DNA of 64,000 nt from Vulcanimicrobiota bacterium (GTDB taxonomy: Bacteria > Vulcanimicrobiota > Vulcanimicrobiia > Vulcanimicrobiales > Vulcanimicrobiaceae). Location of the stretch: positions 928,001-992,000 of the forward strand of contig OY968762.1 of assembly GCA_963695225.1 (NCBI GenBank), in the 5' to 3' direction. The notes under the pieces were generated by a model. The model did no database searches. It saw only the letters and a program-made list of their open reading frames with translations, and was not told where the DNA came from. The position numbers and the translations under genes are program-made. This document shows, one piece after another, positions 39,080 through 49,482 of this stretch (its first letter is position 1; the number at the start of each line of letters is the position of its first letter).

Positions 39080-39492
39080 CTCGTTACGACTGGGCTGCCG
39101 TACAACGGTATTACGACGAAGGGAACAGCTATCGAAGGTGCCGGGCGCACTTTGGATTCTCATCGGGATCGTGGACTAAAGCAGTCCGACGCGGTGTCCT
39201 GAAAGCGCGAGCCCGAACGAAGCCCCTTGCCGAACTCCTGCAGACTGCAAAGAGCCGGCATGCCATCAAGCGTCGCTTGCTCGAGGCTGGTATACTGAGA
39301 AATTGCTGCGACTTATGCGGAAGAAGCTAGTGGAGGGGTCTGCCATTGTCCGTCCAACTCGACCACCTCAATGGCGTTCATGACGACCATCGCTTAGAGA
39401 ATTTGAGGATGCTCTGCCCGAACTGCCACAGCCAAACCGATACGTTCGCAGCTCGTAATCGGAACAAGCAATCCCGGTTGATGCAACGGTAG
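39076..39492 (+). pseudogene. HNH endonuclease with a single in-frame TAG at 39328-39330
   Basis: ...CCDLCGRS*WRGLPLSVQLDHLNGVHDDHRLENLRMLCPNCHSQT; same frame continues to a TAG at 39490-39492 inside tRNA-Gln. Confidence 0.82.
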
Positions 39493-39545
39493 CATGCCTG
39501 ACTCTGACTCAGGTCATCGTGGTTCGAATCCATGACCGGGAGCCA
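39472..39545 (+). tRNA. tRNA-Gln (anticodon CTG)
   Basis: Acceptor stem TCCCGGT/ACCGGGA; anticodon arm CCTGA-CTCTGAC-TCAGG; GTTCGAATC; encoded CCA. Confidence 0.95.
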
Positions 39546-39549
39546 TCGC

Positions 39550-39625
39550 GGCCCTATCGTCTAGAGGCCTAGGACGCCGCCCTCTCACGGCGGTAACACG
39601 GGTTCGAATCCCGTTGGGGCTACCA
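39550..39625 (+). tRNA. tRNA-Glu (anticodon CTC)
   Basis: Anticodon arm CCGCC-CTCTCAC-GGCGG; GGTTCGAATCC; encoded CCA. Confidence 0.95.
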
Positions 39626-39698
39626 ATCTGCGCCTTTTTCCATGCCGCTTTCCGGAGAACGGGCGCCCGAGAACCGGACTAGGATCGGACAGAGTCAA

Positions 39699-39725
39699 AA
39701 GCCCGGCCGAAGTTAGCCGGGCTTC
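39699..39725. terminator. Hairpin downstream of the tRNAs
   Basis: AAGCCCGGC...GCCGGGCTT inverted repeat; weak U-tract. Confidence 0.4.
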
Positions 39726-40161
39726 GGGCCGCCGGATGCATCCTACGAGGGAAACGGCGCCACAAGTCCGGTTTGAAACCCTCGGCCCGCATTTCTAGAG
39801 GCGCCGGGCGAGGGGATCCGCTCGATGAGGAGCCCCTCGTTGGGCGGCGTCGCTGCCGGATAGTGCGGAGCGGTTGGTTTGGACCCCACACGAGATCGAT
39901 GAGATCGGAAGTTTGGCGCGTCCAAACATATCCGCCGGGGGGCGAAGGCTTACCAATGCACCCGGCCAATCCACAAGGTTTCGTGCAGTCACTTCCCGTA
40001 GCGGTTGTCCTCGCTAAAGACGCCGTACACCAGTTCTGCCGCGAGCCCGACACACAGCATTTGCAAGAACACTTCGGGACACACTGGCAAACACGAGTGC
40101 GCCACCTGCAAGCTGATTCTCTCGTAGATTCTACTGCATACCGAGTCGGAGGAAAGCTGCG

Positions 40162-40515
40162 ATGGATCCGATCCAGGACTCAGCCCAACTCGAGCAGGGC
40201 GCGCTGGCGTCCCTGAACGCTGAAGAAGTTGGGCTGCAAGCGACGTTAAACACGAATGCGCTCACGTCTTGGGAGTCGTCCTCTCAAATCCAAGGCGCAA
40301 TCAATCAGCTCAATGGGTATCTTGGCAAGTTTTGGGCATACCGCGCGACGGCGAACGACCTACTGGCCCGCGGACGGCCTGCGTACTCGCAAAAGCTCGA
40401 GACGTTGATTGGGCGAGTGCAGTTTAACCTGCAGACTCTTCAGTTGTCGTATCAAAGCAAACGCGCCTATGAGAGCGCGATGGGCGGCCCATCCGTCATC
40501 ATCCGCCCATTTTAA
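40162..40515 (+). CDS. Hypothetical helical protein
   Basis: GGAGG RBS; protein-like Gln/Leu/Ala-rich composition; no family recognised. Confidence 0.65.
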   Translation: MDPIQDSAQLEQGALASLNAEEVGLQATLNTNALTSWESSSQIQGAINQLNGYLGKFWAYRATANDLLARGRPAYSQKLETLIGRVQFNLQTLQLSYQSKRAYESAMGGPSVIIRPF

Positions 40516-40678
40516 GGGGCGCGCCAAGTCCTTCGAGCGATAGATAGCGACGTTGCAGCGCCTCTCTGCGGTTGTCACCGGCTGAGAACAAAACCGGTGT
40601 CGACGGTCGTTCATACGTCACTCCGCGGGACACGATCACCGTATCCCGCGGGGTGATTCCAAAACCGAAAGGGATGTC

Positions 40679-40912
40679 ATGGCGAAGTGTCACTACTGTA
40701 ACGGAACCGGCTGGTTCAAGTGCAATGAATGTGCCGGCACCGGGTTGGATGGAACCTGTCCAGAGTGCCACGGAACGGGAGTCAATCGCCTGCAGTTGAC
40801 GTGTGGCACGTGCGGCGGCAAAGGAAGACTCAAGTGCAACACGTGCGGCAACACGGATCACGTCGGTAAGATGAGGTGTCCGCATTGCAACGGTTCCGGC
40901 ACCGAGCCCTAA
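40679..40912 (+). CDS. Stand-alone DnaJ-type zinc-finger protein
   Basis: Six CxxC motifs, five of them CxxCxGxG; AAGGGA upstream of the ATG. Confidence 0.8.
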   Translation: MAKCHYCNGTGWFKCNECAGTGLDGTCPECHGTGVNRLQLTCGTCGGKGRLKCNTCGNTDHVGKMRCPHCNGSGTEP

Positions 40913-41010
40913 GCCACTTTACCGGCTCGCGCGGCGAAGAGGCCGGGATCGAGAGGCCGGCCCTCCGGTGGATGAAGGCGGACGTGTAGCGTCAAAGCTG
41001 AATCGCCGTC

Positions 41011-42249
41011 ATGGTTTTCGACCGGCACATCGGCATCGATTGCTCCGGCGTCCAAACGCCGGCATCGAGTCTCAAAGGGACGCCGCCCGAACCCTCTCCG
41101 GGGACGCCGGAACGAGCGACGAACGTTCCGTCGATCGTCGGCGTCGTCAACGGCGATCCGTTCGCCCCGAACACGTTCTCGAGCTGCAGCATGCCGCTCT
41201 TTCGCGCTTTCCAAGACAGCGGCGCGCTCTACGCCGCGGTCTCCTCGCGCCCAGGACCGTTCGTTACGCGATTGAATCAGCTCGCCGCGTTTTCTCTCGA
41301 CCGCGACCGCTGGATCTATAAGTTTTACTCGAGCGCGGCCTTCCGCGATGCGAACACTCGCACCGCGCTCGAGCGCATCCGCCGGTTCGACCCCTCGGCC
41401 TTCGATGCGGTTCTGCAACTCTCTGCGCTCTTCGATGCGACCGCCGTCCCCGGGAAACTCACCGTCTCGTATCACGATACGCACTACATCGAAAACGCGC
41501 GCCACAGTCTTCCCTCCAGGAAGGTCGCGCGTCGCGTCGCCGATGCGGTCGTCGCGCACGAGCGCGGCGTCTACGAGCGCAGCGCGATGCTCTTCACGAT
41601 GAGTCGCTGGGCCGCGGATTCGTTCATGCGGACCTACGGCCTGCCGGCTCGAAAAGTCGAGCCGGTCGGCGCGGGAAGCAATCTCCCCTTCGCCGATGCA
41701 CGCTTCACCCGCGGCGACGGACCTCCGAACATCCTCTTCGTCGGATTCGATTTCATCCGCAAGGGCGGGCCGCTGCTCTTGACCGCATTCGAACGCGTGA
41801 GGCGTGCGATCCCCGAGGCAACGTTGACGGTCGCCGGTCCCAAATCGATCGGCGTCGTGCCGCCGGGCGTTCGCTTCCTAGGACGGCTTTCGCGAACGGA
41901 GCCGGCTGCCTACGACTCCCTCCTTTCCGCCTATCGCGGTGCGACCGTGTTCGCGATGCCGTCGCTGCTCGAGCCGTTCGGATTCGTCTTCCTCGAAGCG
42001 ATGTCGCAGAAACTGCCATGCATCGGCAGCGACGCATACGCGATGCCGGAGATCATCGAGCACGGATCGACCGGATACGTGATTCCGATCGGAGACGTGC
42101 GCGCGCTCGCCGCTCGCTTGATCGAACTGCTGACGGATCCGCAGGCCGCACGGCAGATGGGCGAGCGCGGCTATGCGCGCGCGCTCGAGCGCTATACTTG
42201 GAGCGGGACTGCCGCCCGCATTACCGGGCGCATCAGCGATCTTCTCTGA
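41011..42249 (+). CDS. Glycosyltransferase family 4
   Basis: [20 protein letters not shown] and PEII motifs; start uncertain. Confidence 0.85.
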   Translation: MVFDRHIGIDCSGVQTPASSLKGTPPEPSPGTPERATNVPSIVGVVNGDPFAPNTFSSCSMPLFRAFQDSGALYAAVSSRPGPFVTRLNQLAAFSLDRDRWIYKFYSSAAFRDANTRTALERIRRFDPSAFDAVLQLSALFDATAVPGKLTVSYHDTHYIENARHSLPSRKVARRVADAVVAHERGVYERSAMLFTMSRWAADSFMRTYGLPARKVEPVGAGSNLPFADARFTRGDGPPNILFVGFDFIRKGGPLLLTAFERVRRAIPEATLTVAGPKSIGVVPPGVRFLGRLSRTEPAAYDSLLSAYRGATVFAMPSLLEPFGFVFLEAMSQKLPCIGSDAYAMPEIIEHGSTGYVIPIGDVRALAARLIELLTDPQAARQMGERGYARALERYTWSGTAARITGRISDLL

Positions 42250-42407
42250 AGGCCGCGCGGGGCGCGACGTTCGACAAAACTCGCAGCAAATGCGTCGCTC
42301 TGCGCGCGACATATGTCGCAATCCGTCTGCGTTCGGCGAAGAGATCCCGGAATCGGCGGTTTCGCTCCGAGGTCGCGCCCCCGGTTATAGTGAAAGTTCC
42401 CCGAATT

Positions 42408-44039
42408 ATGAGCAGCGTTTTTCAAATTGCCGAATCGGCCGTCGACTACCGCAAGGTTTCCGACAGAGTCTCCGTCGAGAACTGGAACGGCCACGAAATC
42501 CTGCGCGTAGAGCCGGGCGCGCTCCAACAGTTGGCGCGCGAAGCCTTCTCCGACATCGCGTATCTCTACCGCAGCACGCACCTCGCGCAATTGCGCGCGA
42601 TCCTCGAAGATCCCGAGGCCTCACCGAACGATCGATTCGTCGCGCTCGAGCTGCTCAAGAACGCGATCGTCGCGGCCGGGCGCATCCTGCCGTCGTGCCA
42701 GGACACGGGGACCGCGATCGTCCACGGGCACAAGGGCGAGCAGGTCTGGACGGGCGTCGACGATGCCGAGTATCTCGGAGCCGGCGTGCGCGAAGCGTAC
42801 CAACAGGGGAACCTCCGTTACAGCCAGATGGTGGCGCTCACGATGTACGATGAAGCTCCGACGAGCGACAACCTGCCGGCGCAAATCGAGATCGAAGCGG
42901 TTCCCGGAAACGCCTACGAGTTGCTGTTCATCGCGAAGGGCGGCGGTTCGGCGAACAAATCGTTCCTCTACCAAGAGACGAAGGCGACGCTAACGCCTGC
43001 GAAGCTGATGCCGTTCCTCGAAGAGAAGATCAAGACGCTCGGGACCGCGGCGTGCCCGCCGTATCATCTCGCGATCGTCATCGGCGGAACGTCGGCGGAG
43101 ATGACGATGAAGACGGTCAAGCTCGCGAGCACGCACTATCTCGACGGGCTGCCGACCACGGGCGATGCGACCGGCCGCGCGTTCCGCGACGTGGAATTAG
43201 AAAAGGCCGTCCTCGCGATGACGCGGACGCTCGGCATCGGCGCGCAGTTCGGCGGCCGGTACCTGTGCCACGACGTGCGCGTCGTTCGCTTGTCGCGGCA
43301 CGGAGCGAGCTGCCCGATCGGGATCGGCGTCTCGTGCAGCGCCGACCGGCAAATCCTCGCGAAGATCGACAAGACGGGCATTTGGCTCGAACAGCTCGAG
43401 GCGGACCCGGCGCGCTTCTTGCCCGAAGTCGACGAGGCTGAACTCGCCGGGCACCCCGTCGAGATCGACCTGAACGAAGGCATGGACGCAGTGCGCGCGG
43501 CGCTCACGAAGTGTCCCGTCGGGACGCGCGTCATGATGAGCGGGACGATGATCGTCGCGCGCGACATCGTGCACTCGAAGTGGCAGCAAATGGTCGATCG
43601 CGGCGAGCCGCTTCCGGACTACGCGAAGCAATTCCCGATCTACTACGCGGGCCCCGCGAAGAAGCCCGAGGGCTATCCTTCGGGTTCGTTCGGGCCGACG
43701 ACCGCCGGCCGGATGGATTCGTATGCCGACATGCTGCAATCGCGCGGCGCGAGCCTCGTGAGCCTCGCGAAGGGCAATCGCTCGGCCGCCGTCACCGCGG
43801 CGTGCAAGAAATACGGCGGATTCTACCTCGGGACGATCGGCGGCGCGGCGGCGCAACTCGCCGCTACGGCGATCAAGCACGTCGAAGTGCTCGACTTCCC
43901 GGAACTCGGGATGGAAGCGGTGTGGCGCATCCAAGTCGAGGACTTCCCCGCCTTCATCGTCGTCGACGATAAGGGCAACGACTTCTACGCATCCCCCCCG
44001 CCGCCGACGGCGAACGGGAAGAACGTCTCGCTGCTCTAA
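42408..44039 (+). CDS. Class I fumarate hydratase (single chain)
   Basis: [31 protein letters not shown] and ELGMEA motifs. Confidence 0.95.
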   Translation: MSSVFQIAESAVDYRKVSDRVSVENWNGHEILRVEPGALQQLAREAFSDIAYLYRSTHLAQLRAILEDPEASPNDRFVALELLKNAIVAAGRILPSCQDTGTAIVHGHKGEQVWTGVDDAEYLGAGVREAYQQGNLRYSQMVALTMYDEAPTSDNLPAQIEIEAVPGNAYELLFIAKGGGSANKSFLYQETKATLTPAKLMPFLEEKIKTLGTAACPPYHLAIVIGGTSAEMTMKTVKLASTHYLDGLPTTGDATGRAFRDVELEKAVLAMTRTLGIGAQFGGRYLCHDVRVVRLSRHGASCPIGIGVSCSADRQILAKIDKTGIWLEQLEADPARFLPEVDEAELAGHPVEIDLNEGMDAVRAALTKCPVGTRVMMSGTMIVARDIVHSKWQQMVDRGEPLPDYAKQFPIYYAGPAKKPEGYPSGSFGPTTAGRMDSYADMLQSRGASLVSLAKGNRSAAVTAACKKYGGFYLGTIGGAAAQLAATAIKHVEVLDFPELGMEAVWRIQVEDFPAFIVVDDKGNDFYASPPPPTANGKNVSLL

Positions 44040-44227
44040 AGCGGCGCAGTGTCCTCGGAGAGCCGGCCGCGCTCGCGGCGGCGGGCCGGCTCTTCTCGGC
44101 TTTCGATGCGCGGGCGTTCGGCCGCGGGCATCGGCGGCGGCGGCGCGAATGGCTCCCCAGCCCATTCGTGTAAGGTACCGGGCGTCGTCGCTTCGCGGCT
44201 TCGACCGAGCCGGAAAGGGAACCGTCG

Positions 44228-45043
44228 ATGAAAAGGCTGGCGCTCGCGGCCGTGGTCCTGGTCGCATCGCACTTCGCGTGCGAGGCCCCTGCGCGCGCAG
44301 ACGCCCCCCCGGCAACGTTCTTCTCCGTCGATCGGACGTATTTGAGTTCGTCGAGCTACCTCGATCAGAACGGTCACACGCAGCCTTCGTCGTGCACGTT
44401 CGTCAAGAACTCGACGAGCGTGTATGCGGAACGTCGCATGGGCGCCCGGGATCTTTGGTTTGCCGATACGTCGTACGATGTCGATTCCTGCGGCGCGGCG
44501 AGCACGCGGGGCCTCAACGATATCGAGGCCGGCATCCAGCACGGGATCGGCCACGCGAACCCGACGCTGTGGAACGTTCGGGCATCGCTGATAGTGCCGG
44601 GTGGGTACGACGTCGGCGCGAATCCGAGCATCGGGCTCGGCCGGCCCGGCGCAACGCTGGGCCTGACCTATCTCTCCAATTTCAGAGCGGGCCGCGGCCA
44701 CTACGGCTACGTAACCGGCGGCGCAAGCGTTCGCGCGTACACGAGCTATCCGGCGCCCCAACTTTTGACGAACTTCACCGCGGGCTACCACGCGACGCCG
44801 GGCCTCCTCTTGTACGAGTCGTATTACGGCGTGACGCATCTCGGCGCCGGCGGCCAATTGCGTGACGTCGGCCTGAACCCCACGATTAGTTCGAGTTACG
44901 CTTCGTACCAGCTCAGTTCGAACGCCGTGTTCGCTCTCACCGGTTCCATCGGGCTCCATTTCGCGGTCTGGAACTTGCTCGGCGGCGAGAACTACGGTAC
45001 GGGAAACGAATACTTTGCGGGACTGTGGGTCCATCTCCGTTGA
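44228..45043 (+). CDS. Secreted protein, probable outer-membrane beta-barrel
   Basis: Signal peptide; alternating Gly/Tyr/aromatic strands; aromatic C-terminal strand. Confidence 0.65.
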   Translation: MKRLALAAVVLVASHFACEAPARADAPPATFFSVDRTYLSSSSYLDQNGHTQPSSCTFVKNSTSVYAERRMGARDLWFADTSYDVDSCGAASTRGLNDIEAGIQHGIGHANPTLWNVRASLIVPGGYDVGANPSIGLGRPGATLGLTYLSNFRAGRGHYGYVTGGASVRAYTSYPAPQLLTNFTAGYHATPGLLLYESYYGVTHLGAGGQLRDVGLNPTISSSYASYQLSSNAVFALTGSIGLHFAVWNLLGGENYGTGNEYFAGLWVHLR

Positions 45044-45082
45044 CGAGTTCCCGCACTCTTTTTCCTCGGCTGCATCGCACGG

Positions 45083-46543
45083 ATGGGGAATGACATGACG
45101 CTTCCCGCACCAACCGCCGCACCCGGCGCCGCCGGCGGCACGAACGCCGGCACCGCACGCAAGCACGCCACGCCGGAGACCCGGGCCGCCACCGGAAAGG
45201 CCGCGCGAACGGCGTGCCCCCGTTCGAGTCACGCCGCATGGGAAGCGCCCCACGACCGGCCGCACCCCCTGGACACGCTGCAGTCCGAGACGGCCGATCG
45301 ACTTGTGGATCTCGTTCCGATCCGCTACGGGCGCATGCTGGAATCGCCGCTCTCGTTCTACCGGGGCGGCGCCGGCCTCATGGCCGCCGATCTGGCGCGC
45401 ACGCCGAACTCCGGCATCGAGGTCCAGCTCTGCGGCGACGCGCACGTTGGAAACTTCGGAATCTACGCCGCGCCGAACCGCACGCTCGTGTTCGACGTCA
45501 ACGACTTCGACGAAACGCTTCCGGGCCCGTGGGAGTGGGACGTCAAGCGGCTGGCGACGAGCTTCGAGATCGCGACGCGCGAACGCGGCTTCGCCGACGC
45601 CGAACGCGAACGCGTCGTCCTCGCGAGCGTTCAATCCTATCACCGGGCGATGGCCGAGTTCTCCCTCGAGCCGAACCTCCGGGTCTGGTATGCCCACCTC
45701 GATACCGGCGAGTTGCTCGAGCGCCTGCGAGCCGACGGGCCGAAAACGCAGGGGAGGCTCCTGGAACGGACGGTTGAAAAGGCGCGCGGGAAAGACAGCC
45801 TCTCCGCACTCGCCAAACTGACGCATCTCGTCGACGGCGAACCGCGCTTCCTGAGCGAACCGCCGTTGCTCGTCCCCGCCGCCGACGTTCACGGGATCCG
45901 CGACGATTATCGCGAGACGATTCACGATTTCCTCGAGAATTATCGCGCGAGCTTGCCGGACGACCGGCGCCACCTGCTCGCGCGCTACCATTTCGTCGAC
46001 CTCGCCCGCAAAGTCGTCGGCGTCGGCAGCGTCGGAATGCGCGTCTGGGTCGCGTTGCTCGTCGGGAGGGACAACGACGATCCGCTGTTCCTGCAGATCA
46101 AACAAGCGGATGCGTCGGCGCTGGAACCGTACGTGGGGGCGAGCGTGTATCGCAACCACGGCCAGCGCGTAGTCGAAGGGCAGCGCTTGATGCAGGCCGC
46201 CTCCGACGTCATGCTCGGCTGGTACCGGATGGCAGGCCTCGACGGCACGACCCACGATCTTTACGTCCGGCAGCTGTGGGACGGGAAAGCGTCGCTCGAC
46301 GTGACCACGCTGTCGCCGGCGGCGCTACGGACGTACGCGCAGGTCTGCGGCTGGACGCTCGCGCGAGCGCACGCGCGGTCCGGCGACAGCATCGCGATCG
46401 CCGCGTATCTCGGGCGGGGACCGGCGTTCGACCGCGCGATCGCGGCGTTCGCCTCCGCCTACGCCGATCAGAACCAACGCGATTTCGAGAGCGTCGCCGA
46501 AGCCGTCAAACTCGGACAGCTGACGGTGACGCGAGATCTCTGA
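45083..46543 (+). CDS. DUF2252 family protein
   Basis: RYGRM, FYRG, CGDAHVGNFG, DVNDFDE, KVVGVGSVG and LARAHARSG motifs. Confidence 0.9.
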   Translation: MGNDMTLPAPTAAPGAAGGTNAGTARKHATPETRAATGKAARTACPRSSHAAWEAPHDRPHPLDTLQSETADRLVDLVPIRYGRMLESPLSFYRGGAGLMAADLARTPNSGIEVQLCGDAHVGNFGIYAAPNRTLVFDVNDFDETLPGPWEWDVKRLATSFEIATRERGFADAERERVVLASVQSYHRAMAEFSLEPNLRVWYAHLDTGELLERLRADGPKTQGRLLERTVEKARGKDSLSALAKLTHLVDGEPRFLSEPPLLVPAADVHGIRDDYRETIHDFLENYRASLPDDRRHLLARYHFVDLARKVVGVGSVGMRVWVALLVGRDNDDPLFLQIKQADASALEPYVGASVYRNHGQRVVEGQRLMQAASDVMLGWYRMAGLDGTTHDLYVRQLWDGKASLDVTTLSPAALRTYAQVCGWTLARAHARSGDSIAIAAYLGRGPAFDRAIAAFASAYADQNQRDFESVAEAVKLGQLTVTRDL

Positions 46544-46554
46544 GCGCCCGCGCC

Positions 46555-46656
46555 CTATCGTCCCTTCTTCTTGGTCGCGTTGCTCGCCATTTGAAGGAGC
46601 ACGGCGGCGATCAGCGGGACGAAAAAGAACCCGAGCACGATGAAAAGTTCGTTCAA
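46555..46656 (-). CDS. 33-aa single-TM small protein
   Basis: AGAGGAG RBS then TTG; MNELFIVLGFFFVPLIAAVLLQMASNATKKKGR. Confidence 0.6.
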   Translation of the reverse strand: MNELFIVLGFFFVPLIAAVLLQMASNATKKKGR

Positions 46657-46726
46657 ATCGACACTCCTCTTGTGATATTGACGTAAGCTTCCCGCGCGCG
46701 CGTTCCCTGCCCCTCCGCCGGGCCGG

Positions 46727-47533
46727 CTACTCCTTCCCGGCCTCGAGGCGGGGAATCGCCAAAAGCGTCGCAATCGACGAGGTCCAGAACGACGGCAGCG
46801 AGAGGAGCATGGCGAACGGGATCGTCCAACGCCGGTTCGTGCGCGCGCCCCAGACGATGAGCGCGAGCGCGAACGGGAGGCGCAGCCACCACGGCGGCTG
46901 GTACGGAGTCCCCGACGGGACCGGCTTGTTGCCCGTCAGAACTCCGAACCAGGCGGGCCACAGATGCGGTGCGGCGGCGTACGACAGCCCGGCGATGCCG
47001 AGTGCGATCGCGAGCGCGGCGCCGAGGAAGCGCCACTCGCGCCTCACGGCAAACCAGACGAGCCCGACGCCGGGAAGGACCTTCGTGAGGAGCGGGAACG
47101 ACCAAGCGGCCGGGAAGCGCATCCCGAGCACGATCGCCGCGGCGAGAAAGATGTGGATGTTCCCCGCGACGAATTCCGGCAGCGCGAACAGCGCGAACGG
47201 CGCGAGCCAGCGCCCGCGGACCGGCCCGGCGAGCCAAATCGCCGTCGCCAGCATCGCCGCGACATAGAGAGCGGAAAAGGCCGGCCACGGGAGGCGTCCG
47301 AGCGGTGCGAAAGCCTGGGCGAACGCGGGCGAGTACAAGTACGCTCCCATCGTGCCGAAGGCCGACTGGGCGTAAGGGTCCGCGAGTTTCGTCGCCCAAT
47401 ACGCGTGCGCGTCGTAGAGCCAGGGATAGTTCTGCAGGACCCCGAGCGAAAGCCAGGCCGCCGCCACGCCGTTCGCCAGCAGCACCACGAAGACGACGTT
47501 GGCCTGCGTTGCGTCGGTCTTCGCATTCTCCAT
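46727..47533 (-). CDS. GT87/DUF2029-like membrane glycosyltransferase
   Basis: DAHAYW, YLYSPAFA, GNI and TKVLPG motifs; multiple TM helices. Confidence 0.72.
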   Translation of the reverse strand: MENAKTDATQANVVFVVLLANGVAAAWLSLGVLQNYPWLYDAHAYWATKLADPYAQSAFGTMGAYLYSPAFAQAFAPLGRLPWPAFSALYVAAMLATAIWLAGPVRGRWLAPFALFALPEFVAGNIHIFLAAAIVLGMRFPAAWSFPLLTKVLPGVGLVWFAVRREWRFLGAALAIALGIAGLSYAAAPHLWPAWFGVLTGNKPVPSGTPYQPPWWLRLPFALALIVWGARTNRRWTIPFAMLLSLPSFWTSSIATLLAIPRLEAGKE

Positions 47534-47619
47534 CGCAACGGGCGTTCTTGGCCACCAGCAAAGCGCCGCCTCCCGGACGCGGCCAAGGCAGTCGCCGCCG
47601 TGTGCGAAAGAGAGAAAGC

Positions 47620-48534
47620 GTGATACGACGTCTGGTCTCTCATCTGCCCGGCACGCGGAAACGGAAGGACGGCGACCGGCCCACGGCAACGCGGCAGATG
47701 CGCCACCGGCTCTTCCTCCCGACGAGCCTGCGGAACGGCCGTCCCGCGCCGCTCCTCGTCGCCCTGCACGGGTGCTTTCAATCGGCGAGCGACTTCGCGA
47801 CGGGGACGCGCTTCGACGAGATCGGCGAGGAGTACGGCGCGATCGTCGCCTATCCCGAACAGCAAAAACGCGCGAACGCTTCGGGTTGCTGGAATTGGTT
47901 CGAGAGCAAGCACCAAACCCGGCACGCCGGCGAGCCCGCGAAGATCCTCAGGCTCGTCGAGCATCTCGCGCGGAGCTATCCGGTCGATCGCGAGCGCATC
48001 TACGTCGTGGGAATCTCGGCGGGCGCCTCGATGGCGGCGATCCTCGGCGAACAGGCTCCCGACGTCTTCTCGGGCGTCGGGATCATGGCGGGCGTCGCGT
48101 TGCACGCGAGCAACAACTTCCTCGACGCGCTCGCGGCGATGGCGGGGAAGCGCCCGGAGGAAGACCCGCGCGATCCGCCGCGCCGCCGCAACGGGGCGTC
48201 GCACCCGTCTCCCGCGGCCTACGCCCGGATGCGCGTGGCGGTCTGGACCGGAACGAACGACCCGACCGTTGCTCCCTCGAACTCCACGACGCTCGCGCAG
48301 CAATTCGTCCGCCTCCTGGGGCTCGATGAAACGCAGGCGACGTCCGAGGCGAGCGAGGACCGCCGCGTGGAACTGCGCGTCTGGCGCGATGCGAGCGGAC
48401 GCGAACGCGTCGCGCTCATCACCGTCGCGGGGATGTATCACGCCTGGAGCGGCGGGAGCGCGCAGGGTTCGTACACGTACCCCCCGGGTCCCGACGCGAG
48501 CACCGCGATGTTCGAGTTCTTCAGCGGCGCTTAG
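47620..48534 (+). CDS. PHB-depolymerase-family esterase
   Basis: LHGC, YPEQ, CWNWF, GISAG lipase box and HAWSGG; no signal peptide seen. Confidence 0.88.
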   Translation: MIRRLVSHLPGTRKRKDGDRPTATRQMRHRLFLPTSLRNGRPAPLLVALHGCFQSASDFATGTRFDEIGEEYGAIVAYPEQQKRANASGCWNWFESKHQTRHAGEPAKILRLVEHLARSYPVDRERIYVVGISAGASMAAILGEQAPDVFSGVGIMAGVALHASNNFLDALAAMAGKRPEEDPRDPPRRRNGASHPSPAAYARMRVAVWTGTNDPTVAPSNSTTLAQQFVRLLGLDETQATSEASEDRRVELRVWRDASGRERVALITVAGMYHAWSGGSAQGSYTYPPGPDASTAMFEFFSGA

Positions 48535-48537
48535 ACG

Positions 48538-49422
48538 TCAGGAACGTCGCAGCGCGGTCGTGGGCAGCGCTGCGACTTCGACGCCTTCGCGCACGGCGAT
48601 CGATGCGACGATCAGGCCGCCGCCCAGGATCTGGATCGCCGAGACGTGCTCGTGCAGCACGAATGCCGCCAAGATGACCGTGGTGACGAGTTCGAGCGTA
48701 CCGATGACGGCCGCACGGCTCGAGCCGATCTCCGGCATTCCGATGCTCTGCAACAGGATCGGGATGACGGTCGAGAACACGGCGATGCCCAGCATGACCA
48801 GCCCCGATGCCGCCGCGAGCGGAGGCGGACGATCTCCCGCCACGAGCGCGTAGACGGCGAAGGCGACCGCGGCCGTCGTCACCATCGTCGCCGTCGTCGC
48901 CAGCGGCGGCATCCCGCGAAGCGCGCGGCTCGCGACGAGGATATAGACCGAATAGATCGCCGCGGTCAGCAACCCACAGGCGATGCCCTCCGGCGAGAGC
49001 GCCTCGACGGGCGCAGCGACCACGAGGAACGTCCCGAACAGCGCCATCGCCACGGTGCCCCCGCGCAGCATGGTGAGGCGATACCCCAGGAAGTGGTCGA
49101 CGATCGTCACGAGCGCCGGAAACGTGAACAGCAGCAACGAGGTCAGCGCCGCCGGGATCATGCGCAGCGTCGTGAAGTACGCGACCGTCTGCACGAACAG
49201 CAACAGCCCGAGCCCGAGGGCGACCGGCAGCTTCGCGCGAGGAACCAGCTTCGGCCGCAGCGACGCGACGATGATCCAGAGCACGAGCGCCGCGATGCCG
49301 AAGCGGGCCGCCAGCAACGTCGCAAGCGGAATGTTCAGCGAGTAGGCGAGCTTTCCGAGAATCGCAACCGAACCAAAACTGACGGCCGCAATCGCAACGA
49401 GCGCCGTACCCCGGGTGGTCAT
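48538..49422 (-). CDS. EamA/DMT transporter
   Basis: About 10 TM helices with an internal two-fold repeat. Confidence 0.88.
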   Translation of the reverse strand: MTTRGTALVAIAAVSFGSVAILGKLAYSLNIPLATLLAARFGIAALVLWIIVASLRPKLVPRAKLPVALGLGLLLFVQTVAYFTTLRMIPAALTSLLLFTFPALVTIVDHFLGYRLTMLRGGTVAMALFGTFLVVAAPVEALSPEGIACGLLTAAIYSVYILVASRALRGMPPLATTATMVTTAAVAFAVYALVAGDRPPPLAAASGLVMLGIAVFSTVIPILLQSIGMPEIGSSRAAVIGTLELVTTVILAAFVLHEHVSAIQILGGGLIVASIAVREGVEVAALPTTALRRS

Positions 49423-49482
49423 TGGCCGACTCTTCTCCCGCGGAGCGGTAATCTCCACTCATGGCCTCCGGGAGCCGAGGGC

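Noticed and set aside
39328..39330. Programmed amber recoding (pyrrolysine)
   Set aside because: No pyl genes or CUA-anticodon tRNA seen, and TAG terminates many other genes here
39626..46000. Intact integrative element at tRNA-Glu
   Set aside because: No integrase and no repeated tRNA 3' end found by eye
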